Assembly (NCBI GenBank): GCA_964593065.1
Contig: CAZQGO010000004.1
Location: forward strand, 51,832-115,831
Reading direction: 5' to 3'
DNA from: an uncultured bacterium
GTDB lineage: Bacteria; Oederibacteriota; JAAXVQ01
DNA: 64,000 bases
Shown here: piece by piece, positions 18,150-27,572 of the stretch
Layout: every line of letters starts with the position of its first letter
How positions within the stretch are numbered: position 1 is the stretch's first letter
The notes under the pieces: generated by a model
Database searches by the model: none
What the model saw: the letters and a program-made list of their open reading frames with translations, nothing else
Told to the model about the DNA's origin: nothing
Program-made: the position numbers and the translations under genes

Positions 18150-20306
18150 TCAACTGGTCATACGGCCCATGTCCCGGTCCGGCCGGATCAGTTCCAAGGG
18201 CAGGATAAATTGAAAAACATTCCCCAGCGGGCGTTTGGATTCAACCCAGACCTTTCCGCCATGAGCCTCGATAATGTAGCGCACGATGGTCAACCCCAAG
18301 CCGGTTCCGGAAATAAGTTGTGTCCGTTCATTCTCCAGACGGTGAAAAGGCTCGAAGATCTGGTCGAGTTGATCGGTCGGCAGGCCTTCCCCATGGTCTT
18401 CCACGGCGAAAAGCACGGCGGGAAAATACCCCGGCACATTCAAATTCACAGTGGAATGCGCCCAGCCCTTGCGAAAACGGGGTGATAAAACCCGTTTCAG
18501 GGTCAGTTTGATGCGCCCGCGGGAATACTTGACGGCGTTATCCACCAGGTTGTGCATGGCCTGCCGTATTTTATCCGGGTCGGCGATGACACGCGGGACC
18601 TTGGCGCTCAAGTCCAGGACCATCTCCCTCTGCGCCGAGGCCTGTTCCTCCTGCGCCAGTTCGCGGACGATGCGCGACAGCTCCACGGGGGCAAGTTTCA
18701 AAGAAATCTTCCCGGCCTCGATATTCGCCAAATCCAGCATGTCGTTCAAGATGTTGGTTAATCGCTGGGACTCGCGGTGGATGTTTTGCAGATACTTGTT
18801 TTGGGTGGGCGTCGGCAGCTGGCGGTCAATGAGGAGGCTGGCAAAGCCGAGAATGCTCGTCATGGGCGTCCGCATGGTATGACTGGCAATCGCGACGAAC
18901 TCGGATTTCATGCGGTTGATTTCCTTTTCGCGGGTAATATCCTCCACGATCAGGCCCCGGCCGATGAAACGCTGGTCGCGGTCTTTCACGGGGAAATTGG
19001 TAATCCGGATGTCGGCGACATACGGCCGGTAGAGGGTGAACTCCAGCACCGGATAATCAAAAATATTCATCAGGGCTCGAAGGTAGGAGGCCTGAACCAC
19101 ATGGGGTTCCTTGGCGTTGGTTAAAATCCTTTCCGGCACCAGCGAGGCCGAAGCCCCGACGATTTTTGTGACCGGGAGGTTGAGGTAACGCGCCGCCTGT
19201 TCGTTGATGAAAACGATTTCTTCGTGGAAATTAATGAGGATCAGGCCATCGGAAATGGAATTCACGATGGCGTCCAGTTTCCCCTTTTCCTCCACCAAAT
19301 TCTCATAAAACCGCGCATTCTCGAGAGCGACGGCAATAATCCGGGCCAGGGTTTCCAGCTGCTGGATTTCCGTCTGCGAAAACTGCCGCAGCTTCAGGGA
19401 ATGCAGGGAAACCAGGCCATAGGCGCGCTGGCGTCCCAGCATGGGGGCGTAGAGAGAGACGCAGGCCGGATTCCCCTGCGTTCGCGCTTTTTTCCCCGGC
19501 GCCCCGGGCTCCGCGTGCGGAGTGCCTTCCTCGGGCAGGGATACCGTGATGTCGTCGGCCGCATAGGGGGAATCGTTGAGGACGACCGCTTTGCCCAGGG
19601 CCAGGCACTGCTTGAAGGGGTTGGCCAGCGCACTCAGGCGTTGTTCCCGCAGAAACCGCCGCGACAAGCCCGTCGCCTGCTTGGGATAGAGTTCGCGCTG
19701 GCGTTCGTCCAGTAAGAACACCGCCGTCAGCTTCACGTCGTAGGAATGACACAGGTAATCCAACAGGTCGTCGTAAAATTCCTGGGCCGTGATGTTGCCG
19801 GAAATGGCTTCGACCAATTTGAACAGGCTGGACAATTTGTGTTTTAAAAAAGACTGCTGGGCTTGAATAATGTTCTCCTGGAAATGCAAATAGGGCCGGG
19901 TCACTCCGAGATCGAAGCGATACGCCAGCTGGCTGACGATCTGATCGAAGGCTAAAAATTGGCGGGCGTCCGGGGCGGGTTCGGACTCCAAGGCCGTCTG
20001 GAGGTAGCGGAAGAGGACCGTCCGGACCAGGTGGGAGGTCGCAAGCAGTTGGTCGATGGGATATCCCTGCCGGGCACGGCGCTCGCCGAGCGCATTCAAG
20101 CGGGCGTCGAGCGCCTTTTCGTCTATCTTCTCCCCGCGCAGTACGTCCAGCAGCATTTCCAGCTGGCTGCGGGTAAATTGCCGCATGCCCTCCTGTTCCG
20201 CCGCCGGAACCTGTCGGTAGTACGGAAGGTGACGGACGAATTCGGCCATCATGTCCCGCACCATGCTCTCCAGATTTTTTTCCAGGAACGCGATCAGGTT
20301 CTGCAC
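18150..20306 (-). CDS. Cytoplasmic sensor histidine kinase (GAF/PAS – HisKA – HATPase_c)
   Basis: H-box EFVAIASHTMRTPMTSILGF and G-box GTGLGLTIVRYIIEAHGG. No TM segments. Confidence 0.85.
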   Translation of the reverse strand: MQNLIAFLEKNLESMVRDMMAEFVRHLPYYRQVPAAEQEGMRQFTRSQLEMLLDVLRGEKIDEKALDARLNALGERRARQGYPIDQLLATSHLVRTVLFRYLQTALESEPAPDARQFLAFDQIVSQLAYRFDLGVTRPYLHFQENIIQAQQSFLKHKLSSLFKLVEAISGNITAQEFYDDLLDYLCHSYDVKLTAVFLLDERQRELYPKQATGLSRRFLREQRLSALANPFKQCLALGKAVVLNDSPYAADDITVSLPEEGTPHAEPGAPGKKARTQGNPACVSLYAPMLGRQRAYGLVSLHSLKLRQFSQTEIQQLETLARIIAVALENARFYENLVEEKGKLDAIVNSISDGLILINFHEEIVFINEQAARYLNLPVTKIVGASASLVPERILTNAKEPHVVQASYLRALMNIFDYPVLEFTLYRPYVADIRITNFPVKDRDQRFIGRGLIVEDITREKEINRMKSEFVAIASHTMRTPMTSILGFASLLIDRQLPTPTQNKYLQNIHRESQRLTNILNDMLDLANIEAGKISLKLAPVELSRIVRELAQEEQASAQREMVLDLSAKVPRVIADPDKIRQAMHNLVDNAVKYSRGRIKLTLKRVLSPRFRKGWAHSTVNLNVPGYFPAVLFAVEDHGEGLPTDQLDQIFEPFHRLENERTQLISGTGLGLTIVRYIIEAHGGKVWVESKRPLGNVFQFILPLELIRPDRDMGRMTS

Positions 20307-20309
20307 CGA

Positions 20310-22373
20310 TTATCCCTCCTGGGAGCCCGCCCGAGAACGCAGGGGCAGCAGCACCGTAAAAACGGTCCGGACACCCGGCTCGCTTTGAGCCCACACTCGG
20401 CCGCGGTGGGCTTCCACGATCCGCTTGACAATGGCCAAGCCCAATCCGGTGCCGCGGATGGTATGCACCGCAGTTTCCACGCGATGAAACGGGGTGAAAA
20501 TCAGGGACAGGTGGTCCGGGGGGATGCCCTGGCCGAAATCAATCACCCTGAGCTCCAGGGCCGGAAAGATCAGGGCGGTCTCATCGCGGCTGAGGTTCCA
20601 TTCCGGTTCCGGCTGCTCGCGGCGGGCGACTTCCAACCCTACCGGTTTTCCCGGGGGAGAATACTTGTCGGCATTGGACAGGAGGTTCCACAGCACCTGG
20701 GACAGTTTGTCCCGGTCGGCCCAGAGCACCCCGGTGTCCGGAGCCAGAGAGATTTTCAGCTCCCGCCGGTCCTTCAACTGCGCCTGAAAGGATTCCACCA
20801 CCTCGTTGATCAGTTCGCCGAAGTGGACTTGCTTGATTTCCAGCACGCCTTCCCCGCTCTCCAGATAACTCAAATCCAGCATGTCATTCAATATCCGGGT
20901 TAAGCGTTCGGCCTCCTTGTGGATCTGTTCGGTGTACCGCTGATTCAAGGGCCGGGGCAATTCCTGGGTGAGCATGAGTTCCGAAAAGCCAAGAATGCTG
21001 GTCATGGGCGTGCGCAGTTCGTGGCTCGCAATGGAGACGAACTCGGCTTTCAGGCGTTCCACTTCGCGTTCATGGGTTACGTCCTCGATCAGCAGGCCGC
21101 GGCCGGCGTATTCCCCCTGCCGGTCCCTGACCGGGAACAATTTGAGGCGGATCTCCTGCCGGCGCGTCGTCACGGCCGAGTATTCGATCACGAGCGGGTT
21201 GGAGGGATACTGCTGGGCATATTCCAGTTTGCGGGCCAGCACCTCCCGGTCCGCCGCCACGGCCAAAAGATGTTCGTTCAGCACCCCCAGGGGATGCCCC
21301 AGGAGATCTTCCACCCGCCGACCGAGATACTGGGCGCCGCGGGCGTTGAGATAGGCGATCCGTCCCTGGGGGTCCACCAGCATCAAGCCCTCGGTCATAG
21401 ACTGGACGATGGCCTCGAAACGGCTCTTCTCCTCCGCAATGGTCTTATCGAGCTGGGCTTTCTCGATGGCAATGGCCTTCAAGGCCAATTCCCTTTGCAG
21501 GAGCAAGTTCCAGCCTAAAACGATCATGGCCACCAGCAGGGACCCTCCCACGAAAATAAAGACCCAGCGCAGGACGCGCCGGGACAGGGGAGGCTGGGGC
21601 TGGATTTTCTCGCCGAACCACTGATTAAATATACGCTCCCGGATGCCTGAACGTTCCACATCGGCGAACCCCTTGGCCAGGCGGCGGGCCAAATCCTGCT
21701 CATCCGTTCTCACCAGGACGCCGAAGCGCGAACGCGCCACTTCCGTTCCCACGGTTTTCACCTGTCCGCTCAAATTGCTCTCGCCCAAGAAGCGCATGGT
21801 CGTCAGTCGCTCCCCGACATAGGCGTCTACGCCGCCGTTGCGCAGGAGAAAAAAGCCCCGGGCGATGTCTTTCACCGGCACGAGTTGAACCTGCCGGATC
21901 CTTTTCAAAACCCCGTAGGCGGGATCGTCCTCCAGTACCGCCACGCGTTTGCCCAACAGGTCCTGCAAGCTGGCCAAATCATAGCGCTCCTGAATGACGA
22001 AAATCAACGACGGGCTTTCCAGATAGAAAGCGGCAAAGATGAACTTTTGCGCCAACTCGGGAGTGTAGCGCACGCTGTGGATACAGTCGATCTCCCCTTC
22101 CGCGAGGGCCCGCAGGCTTTCCGCCGGCAAGGCGGGATAAAAAAACACGTTCTCGATGCCTAATTGCTGCCCCACGGACTGCAGGAGATCGACGGAAAAG
22201 CCGGTATAGACCCCGCTTTGGTCCAAATAGGCGAACGGAGCCATTTCCAGCGGCCCCCCGATCCGCAGGCGTGATGGTTCCCCGGAGGCCTTGGCCCGGG
22301 AGACGTCGGCGCGCGCACCGGCCGCCAGCAGCAGCGCGGCCACGGCGACCCAGGCGATTCCCAGACGCGTCAT
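20310..22373 (-). CDS. Membrane sensor histidine kinase with a periplasmic solute-binding (SBP_bac_3-like) domain, TM, PAS, HisKA and HATPase_c
   Basis: Signal peptide, then a periplasmic domain, then TM (VFIFVGGSLLVAMIVLGW), H-box EFVSIASHELRTPMTSILGF and G-box GTGLGLAIV. 4-nt overlap with the upstream kaiC-REC gene. Confidence 0.85.
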   Translation of the reverse strand: MTRLGIAWVAVAALLLAAGARADVSRAKASGEPSRLRIGGPLEMAPFAYLDQSGVYTGFSVDLLQSVGQQLGIENVFFYPALPAESLRALAEGEIDCIHSVRYTPELAQKFIFAAFYLESPSLIFVIQERYDLASLQDLLGKRVAVLEDDPAYGVLKRIRQVQLVPVKDIARGFFLLRNGGVDAYVGERLTTMRFLGESNLSGQVKTVGTEVARSRFGVLVRTDEQDLARRLAKGFADVERSGIRERIFNQWFGEKIQPQPPLSRRVLRWVFIFVGGSLLVAMIVLGWNLLLQRELALKAIAIEKAQLDKTIAEEKSRFEAIVQSMTEGLMLVDPQGRIAYLNARGAQYLGRRVEDLLGHPLGVLNEHLLAVAADREVLARKLEYAQQYPSNPLVIEYSAVTTRRQEIRLKLFPVRDRQGEYAGRGLLIEDVTHEREVERLKAEFVSIASHELRTPMTSILGFSELMLTQELPRPLNQRYTEQIHKEAERLTRILNDMLDLSYLESGEGVLEIKQVHFGELINEVVESFQAQLKDRRELKISLAPDTGVLWADRDKLSQVLWNLLSNADKYSPPGKPVGLEVARREQPEPEWNLSRDETALIFPALELRVIDFGQGIPPDHLSLIFTPFHRVETAVHTIRGTGLGLAIVKRIVEAHRGRVWAQSEPGVRTVFTVLLPLRSRAGSQEG

Positions 22374-24217
22374 TCAGCCTTCCTCTTGCCGTACACTCTC
22401 CTCAGGATCATTTTTACTCGTGCCACCAGTTCCTGCGGCGAGAAGGGTTTGGTCATGTAGTCGTCGGCCCCGATGTTCATCCCGTGAACCTTGGATTCGA
22501 TTTCCCCCTTCGCGGACAGGATGACGATGGGAATTTCGGCCGTAGCCGGTTCTGCTTTGAGCCGCTGGCAGACTTCGAACCCGTTGAGTTTGGGCAGCAT
22601 CAAATCCAGGATAATCAAGTCCGGCTCCTCCGTCATGGCGCGGTGCAAGCCGCTTTCGCCGTCCCCCGCATCCAGGATGGTCATGCGTTCCTCGCGGAAA
22701 CTCGCCTTGATCAGTTCGACCATCCGCGCGTCGTCGTCCACCACCAGGATCTTCATGGGTTCGGCGCCCAAACGGCGGCGCGTCATGCCGGCGAGGATTC
22801 CCTCGTGGCTCAGGAAGGGTTCGCCGATGCGGACGCCCCGGCCGTCGATCAGGAGTTCGCGCAGGTTGCGGTCGTGCGCCGAACCGCGCTGTTTGATCAC
22901 CATGATGGCCTTCCGGATACTGCCTTCGATTTCCGCCAACCGCAACAAGATCACCGTGTCCACCAGATAGGACAAGTTCGAATCGCTGAGTTTGAACTCG
23001 CCCACCATTTCCGGAATCTCGGAAGTGCACAGGGTCGTGACCTGGGCCCGCCGCAGGATGCGCACCATGGTTTGGAAAGTCAAATGCACGTCCCCGGAGG
23101 AGACCGCCAGGTTGTTCAAAAAGCTGATCGGGTCGATCACCAGCCGTTGGGGCTTGACCTCGGCCAAGTGGCAGCGAAGCAGATGCAAAAATTCGCCTTC
23201 GCTGCTGCCGGCCCCGGGCACGCTCACGATGGCCAGCCGCTGGGCTTGCACCGCCGGCGCCAATTCCAGGCCGAGCGAGCGGGCGTGGCGCAAAATATGG
23301 TCGCCTTGCTCCTCCATGGAAAAGTACAGTCCGACCTCGCCCTGTTCCAGGCCCTTGGCCAAAAAATGCAGCGCCAGATTGGTTTTGCCGGTGCCGGAGG
23401 GACCCGCCAGCAATACGGTCTGCCCCTGGAAGAAGCCGCCGCCCATCATCTCATCCATGCCCGCGACGCCCGTGCCGACGCGCGGGACCTCATCGATCTC
23501 CTTTCCGCTGGCCAGGGTGATCTGGCTGGGCAGGGTGGTGGGATAGACTTCCACGCCTTCCTCCGTGATTTCGAAAGGATGCTGGCCGTGCAAATGTTTT
23601 TGTCCACGGGCCTTGAACACCTCGATCTGCCGCCGGCGCTGGTTATCCCGGACCAGGTCAAACGTCAGTCGGATGTAGCTATCCACCGAATACATTCCCC
23701 AGTGAGACAGGTCTTCCCCCTCAATGTCCTTGATCAAGAAACTGGAAATGCCATGGCGCTTGAACCCGTTGATAAAGCGGTTGATTAAATCTCGCTGGGT
23801 TTGCAGGTCCGCCTTCAGTTTGTATAAAAAATTGATGGAATCGACCAGCACCCGGCGCGCGCCCAGTTCCTGCGTGACCTGGTCGAACAATCCTCCCGGG
23901 CGTTCCATTTCACTGCGCAGGACATCCGGCGAGGTCATGATCACCCGCAGTCGTCCCTCGCGCTCCAATTGCCGGAGATCCCATCCGAAATTCAAGGCGT
24001 CACGATAATATTGGGCGGGAAACTCTTCGAACGTAATGATAAGGCCCGGCTGCCCGTCCGCGATGCCCTGCATGATAAAATGCAAGCCCAAGGTGGTCTT
24101 GCCGGTCCCGGGCAGGCCCTCCACCAGCAGGCTGGCCCCCTCCAAAATCCCGCCCAGGAGAATCTCATCCAATCCCGTCACGCCGGTTTTGAGTTTGGTC
24201 GTCCCCAAAATATCCAC
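22370..24217 (-). CDS. KaiC-like double RecA-domain ATPase/autokinase with C-terminal response-regulator receiver (REC) domain
   Basis: Two Walker A motifs (GLPGTGKT, GPSGTGKT) and blocks matching cyanobacterial KaiC (…ITFEE…FGWDL…, …RRRQIEVFKARG…, GGGFFQGQTVLLAG). The last ~120 aa form a REC domain (MKILVVDDD…DLMLP…K). Confidence 0.8.
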   Translation of the reverse strand: MDILGTTKLKTGVTGLDEILLGGILEGASLLVEGLPGTGKTTLGLHFIMQGIADGQPGLIITFEEFPAQYYRDALNFGWDLRQLEREGRLRVIMTSPDVLRSEMERPGGLFDQVTQELGARRVLVDSINFLYKLKADLQTQRDLINRFINGFKRHGISSFLIKDIEGEDLSHWGMYSVDSYIRLTFDLVRDNQRRRQIEVFKARGQKHLHGQHPFEITEEGVEVYPTTLPSQITLASGKEIDEVPRVGTGVAGMDEMMGGGFFQGQTVLLAGPSGTGKTNLALHFLAKGLEQGEVGLYFSMEEQGDHILRHARSLGLELAPAVQAQRLAIVSVPGAGSSEGEFLHLLRCHLAEVKPQRLVIDPISFLNNLAVSSGDVHLTFQTMVRILRRAQVTTLCTSEIPEMVGEFKLSDSNLSYLVDTVILLRLAEIEGSIRKAIMVIKQRGSAHDRNLRELLIDGRGVRIGEPFLSHEGILAGMTRRRLGAEPMKILVVDDDARMVELIKASFREERMTILDAGDGESGLHRAMTEEPDLIILDLMLPKLNGFEVCQRLKAEPATAEIPIVILSAKGEIESKVHGMNIGADDYMTKPFSPQELVARVKMILRRVYGKRKAE

Positions 24218-24267
24218 CTCGTCCGCGTATTTTTTTCTCCCTTAGGTCCCGGCCAAAAGCCTTCCGG

Positions 24268-24297
24268 ATTATAGCACCGGCCGAATCCCTACGGCAA
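24268..24297 (-). promoter_or_regulatory. σ70-like promoter for the kaiC-REC/HK/HK operon (TTGCCG - 18 nt - TATAAT on minus strand)
   Basis: Hexamers read from the reverse complement: -10 at 24273-24268, -35 at 24297-24292. Confidence 0.45.
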
Positions 24298-24417
24298 GAC
24301 TTTTCCTGCCGGCGCCGGCGTTAAAAGCCTTAATTTTCAGGGTAAATCCGCGAAAAAATGATTCCGCTCGGGGGAGGCGCCGGTATGGGCAAACGGCGCA
24401 GGGCGGACGGTCCCGGA

Positions 24418-26487
24418 TTAGATGGAATGCACGATGACGCGGTTGCGGCCGGACTCCTTGGCCTGGTACAAGGCATCATCCGCTTCCCGCAGCAGATCCT
24501 CCCGGTTGTCCACGCCCTGGCGATAGGCGGAGACGCCCAGGGAAACCGTGATGGAAACCTGTGGAATCTTCATGTCGCCCAGGAACCGGCAGTTGAGAAC
24601 GGACTCCCGGATGCGTTCGGCCACCACCTTGGCGCCCTCCAGATTGGTCATGGGCAGAATGATTACGAATTCCTCACCACCGTAACGCGCCACCAGGTCA
24701 TTTTCACGGACGGAGGCCCGGGTGAGGTTGGCAATCTCCTTCAACGCCAGGTCCCCCGCGATGTGACCGAAGGAATCGTTGTATTCCTTGAAATGATCGA
24801 TGTCCAGCATGATCAGGGCCAAATCATTGCCATAGCGCTTGCAATGGGCGAATTCGTCCGCGAAGCGCAGCTGGAAAAAGCGGTGATTGTACAGCCCCGT
24901 CAAACCGTCGGTGATGGCCTGTTCCTTGACCTGCAGGTACAGGCGCGCGTTTTCAATGGCCAGGACGGCTTGGTTGGCGATCGCCGAGACCAGGGTGACC
25001 TCGTCCTCCAGGAAGCGGTGCGTCTCGCGGGTTTCATCCACGACGAGCAGGCCCAGCGCCTGCTGTTTCAGAAGCAGAGGGACCGCGAGCAGCGAGCGGA
25101 TGGTCAATTTCCCGTGCAGAAGAGCCTGGAAGAGTTCGTCGTCCTGCCCTTCGGCGACCTCGACGGCATGCTGTTCCATCAGCGCTTGGAAGAAACGCGT
25201 GCGGCGGATGTCGGACAGATGCAAGGTCAGCTGATCCAGTTCCTCCTGGGGATAGCCGTAGGCGGCCACGGCATCCAGGCAGTTCTTTTTGCCGTCCAGC
25301 AGCCACACCACGCTGCGGTCCACGCCGATACTCTCGGCTGCGTGCCGGGTCAGCAAGGCCAGAACCTCTTTAAACTCCAGGGATGCCGCCACTTCCTGGC
25401 CGACTTCGTTGAGCACCACCAGCTGGGCGCTCTTGCGGATGATCATGTCGGCCTGGGATTCCAGCATTTTGTTTTTTTCTTCCAGCTCTCGGGCAAAGCG
25501 CGTTTGTTCCTGATATAAGAGAACGTTTTTCAAGGTCACGGCTACCTGGTTGGCAAAGCCCATGAAGAGTTCCTGGTCCGCCTCCGTGTACCGCTGTTCG
25601 CGATGGCTGTCGGCGGCCGCCGCCAGGACCCCCAGGACCTCCTCCGCAAACACGATGGGCACGGCAATCAGCCGTTTGACATCCGACAGAAAGGGGATTT
25701 TTTGCGCTGCGCGGCCATAGTCGTTGCTGATGACAGGCAGCCGCGTTTCCGCGGCTTCTCCCACGTGCCCCTCGCCAAACTTGACGGAATATTCCCCGTA
25801 CGTGGCCTCGGCGTGGCTCCAGGCCTCAAGGTTTAATCGCCGGGGTTCCTTGCCGGCAGGAGATTGCGATTCGGCCAAGAAGAGGTAAACCTGCTTGGTG
25901 TGCATCAGCATGGAGGCGTGAAAAACGAGGTTGTAAAGCAGCGCCTGCAAGTCCAGTTCGGTGGTGATGCTCTGGGTCGCGTGAAACAGCACCGAGCTTT
26001 CCATGTTTTTTTCGCGAATGATTTTTTCCTGATTGCGCAAGAACGCCTTGGCGGTTTCCAGCAAACCCTGGAGCCAGAACTCCTCGCTGGCTTCCAGGAT
26101 GCCGCCGCGGCGCGTGCCCGCAAACCACTTCCCGATATGCTCGCCGATCACGGAACGGATCACGAAGAGCGCCGTGCTGACCTGATCAAAGCCGAAAGGG
26201 AGATCCGCGATTTCCTGGTAGATGGCCTGGATCCTTTTGGGAGAGGCCTCGGAGCGGTTGGTCAGGGTTTCGCGCTGGGCGGGAATCAGTCTCTCCATCA
26301 CGAGGTGGGCCAGCGGGCGCAAATCGTATGCGCGTTTCCTGCCGCCGACCTTGGCGCGTACGCGTGCGAGGCTTTCGTAAAGTTGCGGCAGGAAAGAGGC
26401 TTGATGTTGTTCGATTTTTTGAAAAAGCGACAGCAGCTGCTTGGCCAGCATGTCGCCCGCCGGGATTTCCCGGCTGACCTTCGGCAT
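24418..26487 (-). CDS. Diguanylate cyclase with multiple GAF sensor domains (GGDEF, GGEEF active site, RxxD I-site)
   Basis: …RENDLVARYGGEEFVIIL… plus two GAF-like regions. Confidence 0.85.
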   Translation of the reverse strand: MPKVSREIPAGDMLAKQLLSLFQKIEQHQASFLPQLYESLARVRAKVGGRKRAYDLRPLAHLVMERLIPAQRETLTNRSEASPKRIQAIYQEIADLPFGFDQVSTALFVIRSVIGEHIGKWFAGTRRGGILEASEEFWLQGLLETAKAFLRNQEKIIREKNMESSVLFHATQSITTELDLQALLYNLVFHASMLMHTKQVYLFLAESQSPAGKEPRRLNLEAWSHAEATYGEYSVKFGEGHVGEAAETRLPVISNDYGRAAQKIPFLSDVKRLIAVPIVFAEEVLGVLAAAADSHREQRYTEADQELFMGFANQVAVTLKNVLLYQEQTRFARELEEKNKMLESQADMIIRKSAQLVVLNEVGQEVAASLEFKEVLALLTRHAAESIGVDRSVVWLLDGKKNCLDAVAAYGYPQEELDQLTLHLSDIRRTRFFQALMEQHAVEVAEGQDDELFQALLHGKLTIRSLLAVPLLLKQQALGLLVVDETRETHRFLEDEVTLVSAIANQAVLAIENARLYLQVKEQAITDGLTGLYNHRFFQLRFADEFAHCKRYGNDLALIMLDIDHFKEYNDSFGHIAGDLALKEIANLTRASVRENDLVARYGGEEFVIILPMTNLEGAKVVAERIRESVLNCRFLGDMKIPQVSITVSLGVSAYRQGVDNREDLLREADDALYQAKESGRNRVIVHSI

Positions 26488-26519
26488 TGGTTCCTCCGCC
26501 AGAAAATTAATTCAATATA

Positions 26520-27557
26520 TCATATCAAGAGCATGGCGTCGCCGTAACTGAAAAATCGGTATTTTTTTTGAACCGCCAGCGCATACGCGGCCAGCAGCTG
26601 CTCGCGGCCGGCCAAGGCGCTCGCCAACAGCAGCAAGGAAGAACGGGGAAGGTGAAAGTTGGTCAACAGGCCGTCCACCACCTTCCAGGCGTAGGGCGGC
26701 CGTATGAAAAGCGAGGTCTCGCCCGCCCCGGGCCGGATGGTTCCATCGGGGGCGGCCGAGGATTCCAGAGCGCGGGCCGCGGTGGTTCCGCAGGCGATGA
26801 TCCGTCCCCCCAGCAGCCGGCAGCGGTTCACCGCGTTGGCTGCGCTGCGCGAAATCCGGTAGCGCTCGGGATGCAAGGCGTTTTTCGTCATCGCCTCCGG
26901 GGTGAGAGGGGAAAAAGTGCCCCAGCCCACGTGCAGGGTGACGCGCACGATCTTGATTCCCCGGCGCGCCCAGCCCCGCAGCTGGGCCCGGGTAAAATGC
27001 AAACCCGCCGTGGGCGCGGCCACGGAACCGGGCAGGCGGGCAAAAACGGTCTGGTAGCGTTTTCGGTCCCGCGACCCGCGGTTCGGGTGGAATCTTTTGA
27101 TATAAGGCGGCAGCGGCGGTTCGCCGTTTTGCGCCAGAAACCTGCTCCAGTCTCCCGCAGGGGAAAACTGCAGGACCGCCCTGCCCCACCGGCCCAGGGA
27201 CACAACCTCGGCCGTCTTCGGCCCGATCCGCAGACGCGCGCCCGGACGGAGCCGCCGGCTGGGGCTGACCAGAGCCTCCCAGCATCCGGCGCGCAGTTGG
27301 CGGTGCAACAGGACTTCGATGCCCGCGCCGGTCGGCATTTTCACGGCCCACAGGCGGGCCGGAATGACCCGGCTGTCATTGAGCACCAGGCAATCCCCGG
27401 GGCGGAGCCACAACGGCAGGTCCCGGATCCGGCGATGGAAAAAACGCCCGCCGTGCACGTCCATGACCAAGAGGCGCGAGCAACCCCGCCGGCGGGGCTT
27501 GTGTGCGATGCGCCCCGGCGGCAGGAAATAGTCATACTCCTGCAAGGGATCAGGCAA
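26520..27557 (-). CDS. queA: S-adenosylmethionine:tRNA ribosyltransferase-isomerase
   Basis: Family blocks: LLVMDVHGG…, LVLNDSRVIPARL…, PPYIKR…. Confidence 0.9.
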   Translation of the reverse strand: MPDPLQEYDYFLPPGRIAHKPRRRGCSRLLVMDVHGGRFFHRRIRDLPLWLRPGDCLVLNDSRVIPARLWAVKMPTGAGIEVLLHRQLRAGCWEALVSPSRRLRPGARLRIGPKTAEVVSLGRWGRAVLQFSPAGDWSRFLAQNGEPPLPPYIKRFHPNRGSRDRKRYQTVFARLPGSVAAPTAGLHFTRAQLRGWARRGIKIVRVTLHVGWGTFSPLTPEAMTKNALHPERYRISRSAANAVNRCRLLGGRIIACGTTAARALESSAAPDGTIRPGAGETSLFIRPPYAWKVVDGLLTNFHLPRSSLLLLASALAGREQLLAAYALAVQKKYRFFSYGDAMLLI

Positions 27558-27572
27558 GACTGCGCCCCGAGT

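Noticed and set aside
22271-23788. 505-aa plus-strand ORF antisense to kaiC-REC; 29361..30416 (+) antisense to UvrD; 38486..39703 (+) and 38562..39632 (-) alternative frames over the antiporter
   Set aside because: All lie within genes with clear family signatures on the other strand/frame. The antiporter frame shows 12 hydrophobic TM segments, the alternatives do not.
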